Below, piece by piece: positions 12,775-26,490 of a stretch of DNA of 64,000 nt (its first letter is position 1; each line of letters begins with the position of its first letter). The translations under genes were made by a program, and so were the position numbers. This stretch comes from Camelus dromedarius. Its lineage: Eukaryota. The notes beneath the pieces were generated by a model. The model ran no database searches. It was not told where the DNA came from and worked only from the letters and a program-made list of their open reading frames with translations. Location: contig NC_087441.1 in NCBI RefSeq assembly GCF_036321535.1, forward strand, positions 5,518,001 through 5,582,000. The letters are read 5' to 3'.

Positions 12775-13620
12775 GTGTGTAGATACACTCTGTTATTTCA
12801 GATATTAAGCTCCATCAGCTCAGCATTTTGGCCCTCCCTCCCTCCCTTGGGTTCAGGGTCAGCTCCGGGGCTCACAGGAGGAACTGCAGAGTCAGTGTCC
12901 CGACTGCTGGCAGTCCCGACCTGCCCCAAGGCGCCGCCCCAGGGTGTCGATCTGTGCTGTCTCTTTTCCAGTGTCTTCACTCCACAGTTCTGCATTTTGT
13001 GAGATTCATTCTGTCAGGTCTGCCTCCCGTTCACATGGCTGTGCAGCTTTCCCCCAAGAACATCCCTTCCGTGACTGTGACTGGATGAGCCCCTGGGGGC
13101 CACTTGCCTTTTATCATGAGCAGCTCTATCCCCTGTTTGGAGGATGTGACGGTTCCTGTGGAGTGAGGGAGAGGGGGGCCGTATCACGTCCTCACCGAGT
13201 CTGACACCCTGCAGCCACCGCTGTCATTCCCCATCCCGGCCCTCAGTGAGCACCGCCCAGACAGGAGAGGGGCAGGGTCCTAGCATTGTCCCCACTGCCA
13301 CCCTCCGCCCAGTCCTCACTCTCGTTTTCTTTCCAGGAGCTCAGAGAGTCTCTGCAGTGGGAAGTGGGCGTGGGGCACAGCCCCCTGCTCGTTGGGTGTT
13401 TTTCCTTAGGGTTCTGCCCGACACGCAAACTTCTGCTTTCACCAAGTTAAAAGCCAAGAATCACAAGTCTGTCCTCTGCTGCTTCCTGCTGCCCTCAGTG
13501 GGGGCGGGTCATAAGGTTCAAGGACATGGGTCATCCTGGAAGGAGGCGGGGAAACATTTCCATTAATACTTCTCTTATCATCTGCCTGTGCAGGGAAAAT
13601 AGTCCTATAATCCCAGTGGG

Positions 13621-14110
13621 TGTCCTTTCAGGTTCCAGAAAGGAACAGAAAGCATCCTCAGAGAGCAGTCTGAAAAGATTGAATGAAGGGACAGTTTATG
13701 GAGTAGTTTCAAGAAAACCAACTAGGTCACTGAGCTCGTCAAAGGAAGAAACCATTGCTCTCCTTCATTCTGTAGGGACAAGGGGAATAAACACTGTTCT
13801 CAGATCCTGATGAGAAACAGCTTTGTTGAAGGAACCGCCTGGAGGATAAGTCCAGGTGGGTTGTAGCCACACCAAGACCAGAGATCAGAGGAGGAGGGCC
13901 AGGCAGGGTGAAGTCCCGCCCGCCCCCTTGCTGTGCCCATTGACCTGCTGATACCTCCCCTGGTCCAGACCCGCCTGGAGGTCAGAGGACAAGGGAACCC
14001 AAGGGATGTGGTCCATAGTGTCAACCTTCCAGGGCACAGAATAGGCAGAGAAGGCTACGGGGTGGATGAAGTGGGTGCAAAGGGGATGAAAACGGAGAAT
14101 AAGCGGAGCA
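13621..14110 (-). mobile_element. ERVL solo LTR (LTR33-like)
   Basis: ggtcagaggacaagggaacccaagggatgtggtccatagtgtcaaccttccagggcacagaataggcagagaagg matches the reverse of the recalled LTR33 5' end. caggttccagaaaggaacag marks the other end. Confidence 0.65.
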
Positions 14111-16882
14111 GAGACTGTGATTGGAGCTCCCACAAGTACACTCCTTATTTCAAGTATGCTGTTTGCTGTACCCACTACATAGACAGCTGCCAAAAGCTGA
14201 GGCTTGATATTTAGTGTTGGGTGGGAGTAGGGCTGGAGACAGAGAGGGTAGTAGAGTGAAATAAATATGAAGCAAGAAGGATAAGGAGCTCGCATGGATC
14301 GCTACTATGTTGACAATTTTATTTTCAAATGATTTGAGGAAACTTATTTGTTGTCTTTCTCTGTACTATGTGGTTTTAAATTATATATATATAATTTTTT
14401 TTTTCTGAAAATGAACTTAAGAACTGATAAGAATCATTCTTCTAGCTACCCTGCAGAGAGCCAATGTGGACTGATGTATGCTCATGTTATAAAATATCTG
14501 GGTACATTTTCTAATGTCCTTAGTAGATGTGAGATGTGCACTAATTTACTTGTGTTATTACATTATTTGTCTCATGATTCACTTATTCATTCATATGCCA
14601 CACCCTGTTCCACTCACTTTTCAAACAAAAGCCTCTTTCAAAATCTGGTCCTGGAGAATCGTATGTGTTTTTTTCCCCCTTGGCACCAGATGTGAAAAGT
14701 ATACAAACGCAGCTGGATTAATACTCTTGTGCAGATGGTTTAGTTGGTACTTTGTTATATTAATATTACCATCAGGATCTTGTAACGTATGTTGATGTAA
14801 TTGCCACAATTGAAAAGGACTCAAAGCTACTTTATGTCTCATGTATATTCGTCAGCAGAGAGTGGCCAACACAAACATGGCCAACTGCTTATGAGAAACT
14901 AAGACGATAAAAAAATACTGAGAGCAGATGACAAACAGAGCTGAGTAATTCCTGTTGCAACTGACACAGAGGATTAAGCTGTGGATATGAAATTTATGTA
15001 AAATCCTGAGGATTAATTCCTACTGGGCCCTCTCTGGTTAACTGTTACAGGAGTTAACTCATGGCTTTCTTGGCCATCGATTTCTTCCCTGTTGAAAGCA
15101 TGTTTAGATAAATCAGTTCAGAGGTCTGGAGATCTGCTTTGTTTTCCAGATAAAGTTTTTTTTTTTTTTAAGTATGAGCGTGATGGATTTAGGAAGTTTA
15201 AGCTGGATAGTGAAGGATGCTTTCTTCCTAATTACAGTAAATCCTTGGATAGTTGAAGATGCTCTGAGAATTTTCGTTCTTTATTTTCCTAGTTAAGAAA
15301 ACACTAGTTTTCTTCTCCTTTTTAATCTTTCTTTTAGCCCTCAAGTTAGAAAAAAATTCTAAAATACATAAATTAGTGGCTTTTTCTTCTGCTTGGGTGC
15401 AATAGCTGCGTGAATGTTTGTAACTTGAACACATTTTAATCTCTTTTAAGTTAATTCAGTTTTACTTTGCCTCAGTGTCACTGGCACATAATAACTTGGT
15501 TGGCAGAAGGATGTATACACATGTATGTTATGAAGCCAGTTGTGCAATAAGAAGTAACAGGCTTCAGCTGCTTCGTAAGTCTTTATGCAGGGCCAAAAGT
15601 GTGGTCAGTCAGACAGCACTGAGAGATTTCAGAAGTTAGGGTTAAGGAGGCAGGTCCTTACAGCATGCAGTGTCTGGTGTGACCAGCAGGCTCTGGATGC
15701 AGCAGCAGGAGCAGAGCCTGACTCTATTTATCTTTAAAAGAGGCTGCTCATATGCTTTCTGGGAGAGTGTGGACCACTGGCTGGGATGCAGAGGAGACAG
15801 GGGATGAGGAACTAGATGCTGACATGGACAGGGAAGGGATGGCCTGATTCTGTCTTAAGGGCACCACAGGCCTTAACAGTTTTTGATCTTTTTTTCTTCC
15901 ATCTCTTCCTTTCCTTTGCTCATGTACTCTCTCTGTCTCCTCTCTTTGGTGTGTTTTGCTTGCTTTGCTTTGTTTTTATTTATTTATTTTTTTAAAATTT
16001 TATTATTAATGAAAAAAATCCCAGATAGAATCTTATTCTATTGACATTTTCTTTCGTTCTTCTGAAACTATAGTTTAATGGGCTATATATCCTTTTAATT
16101 TATGATTCTGTCTAGTAGCTTTGGAACATGAGGAAGTGAATGTATGGATACCCCTCCAATTATAAAGCCCTCATATGTAATAATCTATTACATCGCTCCT
16201 CCATCCTGTATGATTCCTGCTTACCATGGAGCATCTCATGGGGAAATATAAGATAAAAGAAAACATGTTCATGTGGGGCCCCTGAATTTCAGATTCTGGC
16301 AACTGCTTTTGCATCCGTCTAGAAGTCAGTTAAATCCAGGGGCAAAGGTGTGGTTGGGTAAATGGCCCCACTTTGCTCCAGAAAAATATGGATTTAGTGG
16401 ATCTGCCTTCCTGGGATATGAAGAGCAGGAGAGGACAAGCAGGAAATAATGTGATTGCCCACAGCCTGTCCCCCTGGAGCGGCCCCGATGGGGCTAGTGT
16501 AATATTCTCACTTTACATTCTGCATTTAACTGAAGCTGTTGGATGATTAGTTAAGAGAGTTGGAGCAAATAGGAAAAGATCAAAAGTCAGATTCCATCTG
16601 AAGGGCTGATGAAGGTGTCAGTAAATCTGATTTCAGCTGATGGGGAAGATAATGGGGATCTTACATGTATCAGAACACAGAACCTGCTTTCCGCCTTATT
16701 ATGCCTTTTGCATAGAGACTAAATAATATCAATGATTCCATGATATCAAGATAGTTGATTAAAAAGTTCAAACTTCTGTCAAACCCAGTACAAGTGGTGT
16801 ATATATAATGATTCATTATTTTGGCCCTAAGTGGACACAGCCTAAATCTTCCTCTGGAAAGCGCCATGATCTCGTGGCAGAA

Positions 16883-16975
16883 TGCCCCCTGGGTGCACGT
16901 GGGGAGCCTGGCTCGGAGGCGCTCTGTGCCCCCTGGGTGCACGTGGGGAGCCTGGCTTGAAGGCGCCCCCTGGTG
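16883..16975. repeat. 44-bp tandem duplication (2 copies plus a partial third)
   Basis: tgccccctgggtgcacgtggggagcctggct (31 bp identical) starts at 16883 and at 16927. A third partial unit is gccccctggtgc. Confidence 0.9.
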
Positions 16976-19900
16976 CGGAGACGCAGCGCACTGGCGCAGT
17001 CCCGCGGCAGGAGCTGCTTGCGTGCGAATTCTCATACAGAGAGTGAAACAAACATGCATTAAGATACTGTTTTCATCTTAATTTAACGATGGTCCTTTTT
17101 CATTTAGCTTCACATGAACTCAACCTGTGTAGGACTGTGTATTAATAAACTTGCATTACAAATTTAAAAGTAAAGGCAGAGGTTTTGAGGTAGTAAGTGA
17201 GGGTCCTACCATCGTGACAGAGGAAGGGCCCCCGGCAAAGCCAAGCCCAGTCCTCTCGGACGATCACGCTGCTTCCATAGTCACGAGGGCAGGTGTGCCG
17301 GGGTGTCGCTGGTTTTCCTCCTGCACCTGCAGCGAGCTTACTTACTTCCCTTCCTTCCTTTTCTTACTCCCTTTCTTGTATAGAAAACTTAATGAGATAA
17401 CTCCGCTGAGCAAGCACATATTATGATAAAATCAAATCACAACATTGTGGTTTTTAACCTCAGTCACTCTAACTGCTCAGGGATTAAGTCATTCTCATGC
17501 ATCAGTATGAAATCTCAACAGACTCTGTGGCTTTTTTTTTCCCCTCCCTCTCGGGTAATAGACCGTTCTGTGGGCACTTGAAGGAACAAACACAGTCTCA
17601 ATTTAGTAACCGTGATATTCAGGCCAAGATTTTAATCAAATCCACAATTTTAATTTCTTGCCCAGTTCAGGCAAAGGTGGTTCTCTGGCTGACCTTGAGG
17701 AAAATGATGTTATCAGCCTCTGCCTGCCTTCTCTTCCTGTTCACCCTCTTCCTTCTCTCAGGCCAGACTCCAGAGGAACTCGAGGACTGGAGGGAGTTTG
17801 AAGAAGCTGGAAGGGGTCTAGGAGGGAGGAGACATGAGGGGATGGGACAGAACGCAGGCCTCAGGCCCCCTGGGCTTGACAGAGGGTGTCAGCTGGTTCT
17901 CCCTCTGGGTGCTTTCCTGGTCTCCTGAGAGATCTGCACCTCCCAGGTTTCCTCTGGCTCCCAGGAGAGGCGTCTTCATTCAGGTTGGTTGGGTGACCGC
18001 TCGGGATCTTACCTGCCTACTCAAAGAACTTACTTTTGGTTTCTGGCTGCTGGGGTCCTGCCACCTTCTAAGGGGCCCTGCTGTCGAGGATGGAAGACTG
18101 TTCCATCAGTGCCCCTTTCTGTCCCTCCACCTGGCCCTCATTCAGTCCCCAGATGACACCGTTCCTTGCCTTCACCAGCAGTGGTGTGCGGGTCCATGCC
18201 AGTGTAGTCCTGAATCCTGCCGGCCCAGTCTGGGTGAGCTTCGGCAGGTGTGAATCAGGCTGGGAGGCCGGCCCTCCGGGTCCCAGCTCACGCGTTAGTC
18301 CTGTGAGGAGCCAGCTCCCACCAGGCTGGAGGTGGAGGAAAAACAGCCAAGGAAGGAGGGCGGGGCCTCTCAGCGGGACAGCAGTCTTGTTCATTAATAA
18401 ATCTTATAAATCACCCGTTCCCTTAGCTCTACATCTCATTATACATCCCTGACTTGGCTGAGTGGTCCAAGAGTTGTCCAAAAGTTTTCGTTTCTTTTGT
18501 AAATTATGGATATGGAGATCTGACTTTGGAATTCTAAATTTATTTTTCTTTCCCTATTTTGGTGTCTTCAATGAAACTTCAATTTTAACCCCCCTTCTTT
18601 TCATCTTATGAATGAAAACTTTGGCATCTTTGATTAAGTACTCATTCAAATTTAGGGTTCTCTCTTGATTTTTATCCCTTTTTTCTTTTCCTAGGGATAG
18701 CCAGTAAACATTTATTCACTAAGTAGTCAGTTAACTGGGATGGTCAGTAAAAAAGGGCTCCCCTCACGCACTGATCTGACCTCAAGGAGAGAATTCTGAT
18801 TGCCTGGGGTCCTCGCCTCACTGGCCTCCGCTGAAGTGGGGGTGGGCCGCCCGGGCCTTGGGACTCAGTCTCTTTCCTTGTGCATCTGCCGTTGAAGCCC
18901 CTGAGTATCTCACCCAGGCTTCTAGGCACCTGGTTTAAGCATTCTTAGTTTTTCCAGCCAAGGGCCCCCAGAGATGCTGGCCACTTCTCAGTCCCTTTAC
19001 CCTCCTCCTTCCTCTTCTCTCAGCTCCTTTGCACCCTTGGGTCCACAGGTAACCCCCCAGAATGTCTGCCTAGACCCTCCACGTGGCCACGCCGGTGGTG
19101 TTGCCACTGCCCACTGTTAGAAGGCAGGTGTTCTGGAGGCTCGTTCCTCTGGGGGTGCCAGAAGGAACCAGGGCATTTGTCATTGTACTTTCATTGGGTA
19201 TTTCTATTTCCCAACCTCCCTGTCTCCACCCCTAACCAGGCAGTTGATCCTAGTGGCTGTGGAAGGGAGCCCTGCTGCTTCTCACCTGCCCACAGAGGCT
19301 AGGCTCTCGCCCCGTGCCTCCAGTGGTCCACCTCGGCTGAGCCCATTAGGCTGATCCTCTTTAGGGTGTTGATGTGATTCTCCATTCTTCCCACATCTGA
19401 GGTTTCATGGGGTAAATTCTACCCTGGACTATTAAGGCTGCTAAAGATTCAACAGCATCTTAGGAATTCAAAGTCTTGACCCTGTCTTTTCCTGGGATTT
19501 CCTCTATGTTCTCCATTCTATACAGAGGCTCTGTCTGGGGGTCTGGTCCTTAAGGTAGCATCCTGCAGGGCATGAGAGGGGTACCAGTGAGAGAAGAATA
19601 TTATCAGATGCTATTTCAAACTGTTCTGCTCCATTACTGCACTGCTTCTCCGTTGAGTAGTTGAATGTCTGAAAGATGGGCCGGTTGACAAATGACAAAA
19701 TAACTAGCATGATGAAATGAATTTTATCTGAGGGTGGCTGCTGGCTTATTACAAAATGAGTCATCAGGTTTATTCAATATCAGAACATCTTGTTTATCTT
19801 CAGTTTTTTCTTTCCTTACCAAATCCCAGTGCCAAACCTTTTTCTCTCCTGTAACAGAAGACATGCCATTGGAGATTGTTGCCCTCTTATTGAATAACCT

Positions 19901-21689
19901 CAGGGAGACATGAAAGGCAAGCCTTTCTAAAGGTGAAAATGAAAAGTAGCTCTCTTAAAGCGGGGTCTTTCATCTTTCTACAGGGCATTCTTGTCAGTCT
20001 GACTTTCAAAAACATCTTTCATCTTTGACTCAACAAGTCTCCTTCACCAGTCTTTCAAAGAGGAGATTAACTGTACAGAAATGTGTGAGGTTGTGTTTGT
20101 TTCCTCGTAATTTTCTGACACCTTTTTCCTAAAGGTCAGAGGGACAGTGGGCTGGGAACGTGGGCAGGGGTGAGCAAAGAGAGCTGTAAGCTTGGAAAGC
20201 ACTGTAATCCCTGATACATCCCCTTCCCCCACCCCGTTCGCGATGTGTTCTGTTTGCATCCAGGCTAACAGAGCTGGCTTGCAGGTGTCAGTACAAACAC
20301 CAGTGAGCGGTGCCTTTCGGGCAAGTCCCTTTTGCAGAGTGGTGCTGGGCGTGGCACATAGAAGATGCAGGTAAACTAGATAGGAAGAGGGTTTCTCAAG
20401 CACAGTTACGATCCTCTTGCGTACCTTAAACTGCACTTCAGTGTTCAGAGGTCACCATGACTTTCCTGGGTTAGTTTATAACCTAATTTATGGGAATAGC
20501 CCTTCATATTTCCATCTAGCCTTGGATTCTCAGGTTTATGTTTTCTGTGTCTGCATCTTAGCACATGCTTGGCTGTTTTGCTGGCTTTCTGTTAAGTTTA
20601 GGCGGATCATCCATGGTAGACCCCCTTTCCTTCAAGTGTATAACGTCATCCTAACATCTATGAATTTAGAAGAGCTATTTAAGGTTTGATTATATCAACT
20701 TCATTTTCAGCAGGAGCTTTGCAAGTGATCATTTAACTGGTTCAACTGACCAGACTTGTTTCATATTCATTTTTAGATTTGTCCCCATCTCTTTGGTAAT
20801 ATTCCTGAACAGTTGTTAATGTCTTTTCTGGGAAGGCTACAGCCCCTCATTCTGTTATTTCCTTATCTGAAAGTTCTCACTGTCTTTTCTTCTCCTGGAT
20901 TATCAGGGCATAGTTGAAAAAAATTGAGGCAGTTTGCAAGAAGAAAATTGCCTTTAATGCTTTAAGTATAGTACTTTTTAGTTTGTTTTAATAATTAATT
21001 TTTTTCATTTTGAAATTATGAAATCTGCTTTAATTTGAAATTTATGGCTTAATACTGTCATAATATTAGTAACTCAGTTGAAAAATGTATATGAGGCATT
21101 AAACTTTTGTGCACTTAATTAAAAAATGGTAGGATATAAAAGTATTATTTGAAAAATCAAACTTAAAATAGGAATGCAGTATAATGTTCCAAATCAAATA
21201 TTTAAGTTATATTTAGAATAAAAAAAATCTGATGCTTTATGTTGGATTTATTTTTATTCCACAAGATGTTTAACTCAATAAGAATCTAGTCAACCATGGG
21301 AAAGTTGACGGGCCCTTCTGTTTAATAAACCTATTCAATGAAATCTTAGTAATCTGATATCTTGTATTAAAGCAAACAAACAGCTTTATTTGACCTGATC
21401 CAGGTTTGTTTAGACATAAGGCAATTTTTCAATGTGCACAATCCCAGCGTGCATAATGCGAGAGAAGCCTGGTCTGCTGATTTGGATTTAAGGACCAAGT
21501 GAATGGGTCTTAGATTCTTTCTCTGAAGGCCACAAGGCACACATTTAAGATGTTCTTCCTGTCCCCTCCCCCAAGGCTACTAAAATTGGGAGGGGTCACA
21601 TTAGTGTCCTACCCACAGAGGTGACCGGCCATGCTACCCTCAGGTGAGACGCATGGTCCCTGCGTGCTTTGCTCTTTACTCAGTGGGGG

Positions 21690-22105
21690 TGTTATGGGCA
21701 GGATTGTGTCCCCCAAAGAAGATATGTTGACATTCTAACCCGTAGTACCTCAGAATGTGACTTTGTTTGGTGGTAGGGTCTTTACAGAAGTAATCGAATT
21801 AAAAAGACATAGCTAGGGTGGGCCCTAATCCAATATGACCCATGTTCTTGTAACAAGGGAAAATTAGACACAGAAACAGACCCAGAAGGAAGCTGATGTG
21901 AAGACATAGCGAGAGGACAGCCATCCTCAAGCCAAGGAGAGAGGCCTGGAACAGACCCTTCTCTCTCACAGTCTTCAGAAGGACCCCACCCTGCCTTCAC
22001 TTTGACTTTGAACGTGGCCTCCAGAATTGTGAGACAACAAATTTCTGTGGTTGAAACCACCTGATTTGTGTTACTTTGTTATAGCAGCCTTGGCAAACTA
22101 ATACC
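21690..22105 (+). mobile_element. MaLR solo LTR (MLT1B-like)
   Basis: Runs from TGTTATGGGCAGGATTGTGTCCCCC, through cctcagaatgtgact and gggtgggccctaatccaatatgac, to tttgttatagcagccttggcaaactaatac. Confidence 0.9.
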
Positions 22106-22429
22106 GTGGGAAGCTTTGCTTTGCCGCATCCCACAGCCTCGCGCTGGCTGGTGGGGGCCTTGTGGACACAGAACTCCTCTCTCTCCATCTAAGCACGGCT
22201 TTGAAAGTGAAAAACAATGGATTTTGCAACAGTACCATTGAAATGAGCTTCAAGAGCTTGTTCTGAAAATTAAAAGAACAACAGCAAAGTGTTTCCTTTG
22301 TCCTCGGTGGCTTCTGCCTTCCTCGGAAGTAGCTGGCATGTCAGCAGAAGTACATAGATACCTGCAAATGGCACGAATCCCTGCAATGATAAACGCAGCA
22401 GATGGAGAGAAACGGTATCATGGTGTAAG

Positions 22430-22905
22430 GACGTGATCTTCCCACAGTTCCCACAAGACTGGGCGTGGCTTCATTGGGTCCTCTGTTTAGGGTCCCATGA
22501 AGCTATCATTGGGGTCAGCTGGGGCCCTCTCTGAGGCTTAGATCCTTTCCCAGGCTCACATGGTTATTGGAACAATTTGGAATTCATGGTGATTGTTTCT
22601 TCAAACCCAGCAAGAGTGTCTGTCACATGTTCTCCCTTCAAGTCTTTGATCTGCAGACCTTCTTTCATAGAGCTCACCTATGGGTCAGGCTCACCCAGGA
22701 TAAAACTCTTTTGCTTAACAGGTCAACTGATTAGAGACTTTAATTACATCTGAAAAAACCCCTCCCCTTTTCTCTATGACATATCCTAATCATGAGAGTG
22801 GCATCCATTCAGGTCCTGTTCATACTCACAGGGAAGAATCACACAGAGTGCGTAACCAGGGGTAAGAATCTTGAGCACCATCTTAGAATAAATTCTGCCT
22901 ACCAC
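22430..22905 (-). mobile_element. MaLR solo LTR (MLT1E/F-like)
   Basis: gggtcaggctcacccaggataa, gtcaactgattagagactttaattacatctg and the terminal ttctgcctaccac. Confidence 0.75.
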
Positions 22906-24049
22906 TGGCCTAGGAGTAGAATTTTCCCTCTTGTTGGCCATTTTAGCATTAAGTTGAGGGTAGGATGTGGATGGCACAGTGATTCTGTGTTACCTGGTTT
23001 GGAGTAGAGCCCAACCGCGGGCAGAGAGAGGAACTGTGAGGTTTGGGCATATTTTGGTGCTTTGGTGAGTTGGGCTTGAGTTCAGGGAAAGATTCTAGTT
23101 ATACCAGGAGACCTGAGCACAGTGCAGGAATCAGACAAAACCCGAGGCTTTTGGCCTGGGAAATGTGGTGGGAAAATTGTGTCTTGGAATGCTGGGCTTA
23201 CCCCAGGCTCCTCGACCCCACCTGCAGTGAACGGCATGAGTTATCCCAACTTAGCTGTGTATTCTGCACCAGCTAGTTCTCGTTCATTTTTCATAATCAA
23301 AGCTAATTTTCCCATGTTCCATTCTTTCACAAAATTTCTATTTATGATAACCAAATACGTAGTCATTTGCTATCAATTTATCCCTCCTAATTAATGCTTT
23401 TGATTTGAATAGAGGTTTCCTGAAGTAAACAATATGAAACACAAGAGAATGATGCTAATGATGGGAATTATAGGAAAATAACCCTTAAATCCAACCTTTT
23501 ATTATGCTCAGGTCCAGTTCTGCTTGATATGTGGTGCTTGCATTTCAAAATCTATACTAAACAAATAATATCTCCTACCTAAAGCATTACATCAGAAAAC
23601 CCACAGCATTCTACAATCATTTCATAAATGTATTCCATTAGCAAAATAAAATACATTCTTTTCAAATATATTTGCAATATGTGCAGTGATTTTTAACTAG
23701 GGAGACATGCTACCTTTACCACAGGTGCATCAGAATTATGTCCTTGTAGAAGGCTGTGGGTTTCTCAATCTCCCTGGCTCATCTCCCAGGCCAGAATTCC
23801 TTATTTACAACATTCTTTGTGTCTCATGTATGTTCTGAAATAATTTCTCCGGGCTTCAAAAATCTGGACCATTAGATAAAACAACCTTCTGAGATGATCT
23901 AGAGCAATTTGAGAGTTCATCTGAAGGGCATCCAAATTCTGCCTTTACAGCTGCTTTGGTTATAGAATGAAGCACGATTTGGGCGTGTTAGTCACAGTAG
24001 ACATTTTTATTCATCCTTCACTTAGTAAGGCCAGGAGATTAGTCAAAAG

Positions 24050-24200
24050 TAGTTTTGGAACAAGATAAACTTGGTTTCAAATCCAGTTATTTATCTTTGG
24101 GTAAATTTTGCATCTGTTGAACATCAGTTTTTTCATCTATAATGCTTATTTCACAGAGTTGTTATGAAGTTAAAGATGAGATAATGCAGGTAAAATGCTT
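24050..24200 (+). mobile_element. MIR SINE fragment
   Basis: ggtttcaaatccag...catcagttttttcatctataatg...agttgttatgaagttaaagatgagataatgca. Confidence 0.6.
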
Positions 24201-25264
24201 GATCAGTTTAAAACCAGCTACTTGGCTAGATGTTTAAACACACAAGGACTCTGGCTGCTGCCTTAGAACTGACTTTGCTGGTGAATGCCTAATCATGGCC
24301 TTTCTCGAGGGTGGGGCGTGTTGCCATAGCAGCCGTGCAGACTACACAGTCATACCTACTGAAGTCTCTTCTCACTTTCTCACTTTCAGGAAGATCTAGT
24401 GTTTTGTTTCCAGGAGAAATGGGTTAGAAGTTTACGATCTTTGCTTCTGAGTTATGATAATACTAATTGATAAATTTTACTGGAGCAGCATTGTATGTAT
24501 AATGTCACTGGACTTAAGAGTGTATGTAAATAGGTTCAAAAGGTTAGTAAAGTTTTACGCGCTATGAAGATGAAAAGCTCATGGTAAGGAATGTGGAGGT
24601 GATGCGTGGCACAGGGAAGGATTGATTTCTGACAAGGGGAGCATGAAGATCTAGACTGACAGTTACAAAGAAAACTGAAAACAGAAATGTTAAAAAAGAA
24701 CATTAAAAAAAGTTTTGAAAGGCAGTGGATTCAACAATTAGCCTGCAAATAAATGTGGTAAAATCTACCCCTTAAAGTGGCATAAATTTGCAGCCTTGTT
24801 TAAAAAGGGAACTTCCCCTTTCAACCTACTTTTAACTTTAATATATGATGTCATTTTTAACCTTCAGCTGTACGGAGTAATGTCCAGAAAGCGTGTTTAC
24901 ACTTCCAGAGCTTGATGATGTCATGCGGGCGTGCTGCCAGGCTGCACTTGTGCAGTCTTCGGTTACGTCGTCCAAACCAGGAGGTGTGAGCTCCCAGCTT
25001 AGAGCTGAGAGTTTTTCTGTGTTTTTATATTTTACCCGCCCTCCCACCAATCAACCATTTTATCATGTAACTGCCTATTTCTCTGTCTGTGTTTCACTAC
25101 AACCTCAGGAAGCATGCTTTGGCCTGGAAGGGGCCCCCATCACATCTGCTTTTACTCCATTGGCAAAAAGGATTCATGGGGACAACCACAAATGCAAACG
25201 AAGCTGGGAGATGTAGCCAATGAGGTGCCCAGGAGGAGGAGGAAGCAGATTTTGATGAGGTGCT

Positions 25265-25266
<2 letters not shown>

Positions 25267-25306
<40 letters not shown>
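25267..25306 (+). repeat. (AC)20 microsatellite
   Basis: A perfect dinucleotide run, read directly from the sequence. Confidence 0.97.
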
Positions 25307-25309
<3 letters not shown>

Positions 25310-25509
25310 GTTCTGTGCTCATGCCGTGCTTTCTTGGTCTTGAACTTGGTATCAGGAAATCTGACTTATTTCAATGAGAACATATAATGAGAAACCAAGG
25401 TGTGGGTGTTAGGTGGACTCCGTGCTGTGGTGTGAGTGCTGATCTTCCCAGGCCTTTGCAGCGAGCCACTGCGGGTACCAGCGCACCGGGAGAATAGGTC
25501 AGGACGCAT

Positions 25510-25963
25510 ACACAGAGCCACTCACAGAAGCACTATTTATAATCTCAAAAAACTGGATCGACCCGAATGCCACCAGGAGGGTAATGATTGAATAAACTAT
25601 GATTTATCCACACATGAGATCACTATTTAGTTATGAAAAAGAATAAGGAAGATCTCCATATACTGCTATGGGATGATTCTAGAGTGAATTATTAAGTGAA
25701 AAAATAATTTTGTTAACAATGTATAAAACATGCTAATGTTTATGTAAGAAAGAGACTTAACATGCACACACCTTTCAGATTATGTTTTAAAAAGGTTATA
25801 TAATGGAAAGGAAAACCAGAAATCTAAAAATCAAATAACTAAAAAAAAATTGCTTATGGTATAAATCAATAGACCAGAACAGACAAGGATAGAAGCAAAA
25901 GTTCTTTGACAATTTCAGATTTTTGACATTTGGATTTAGAAATGTACAAATATTTTATGTCAT
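25510..25963 (+). mobile_element. L1MC/L1ME fragment (5' part, interrupted by Tigger1)
   Basis: gcactatttataatctcaaaaaactgg...gaataaactatgatttatccacac...ttaagtgaaaaa are typical L1M ORF2-end/3' UTR motifs. Confidence 0.6.
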
Positions 25964-26285
25964 TACAGAACACCTCGTTTCACTGTGCTTTGCTTTGCTG
26001 CACTTCACAGATATTATGTTTTTTACAAATTGAAGATTTGTGGGAACCCTGCCTCGAGCAAGTCTATCAAGAATATTTTCCTAGCAGCATTTGCTCACTT
26101 CATGTCTCTGTTTGGTAATTCTCTTAATAGTTGATTTACTATTATTATTAAATTTGTTATGGTGAACCATGATCAGTGAACTTTGGTATTACTGTTGTAA
26201 TCGTTTTGAGATGCCACAAACCACACCCATTTAAGATGACACACGTAATCTATAAATGTTGTGTGTGTTCTGACTGCTCCGTTGA

Positions 26286-26490
26286 NNNNNNNNNNNNNNN
26301 NNNNNNNNNNNNNNNNNNNNNNNNNNNNNNNNNNNNNNNNNNNNNNNNNNNNNNNNNNNNNNNNNNNNNNNNNNNNNNNNNNNNNNNNNNNNNNNNNNNN
26401 NNNNNNNNNNNNNNNNNNNNNNNNNNNNNNNNNNNNNNNNNNNNNNNNNNNNNNNNNNNNNNNNNNNNNNNNNNNNNNNNNNNNNNNNNN
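26286..26490. other. Assembly gap (205 N)
   Basis: A run of N inside Tigger1. Confidence 0.99.
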
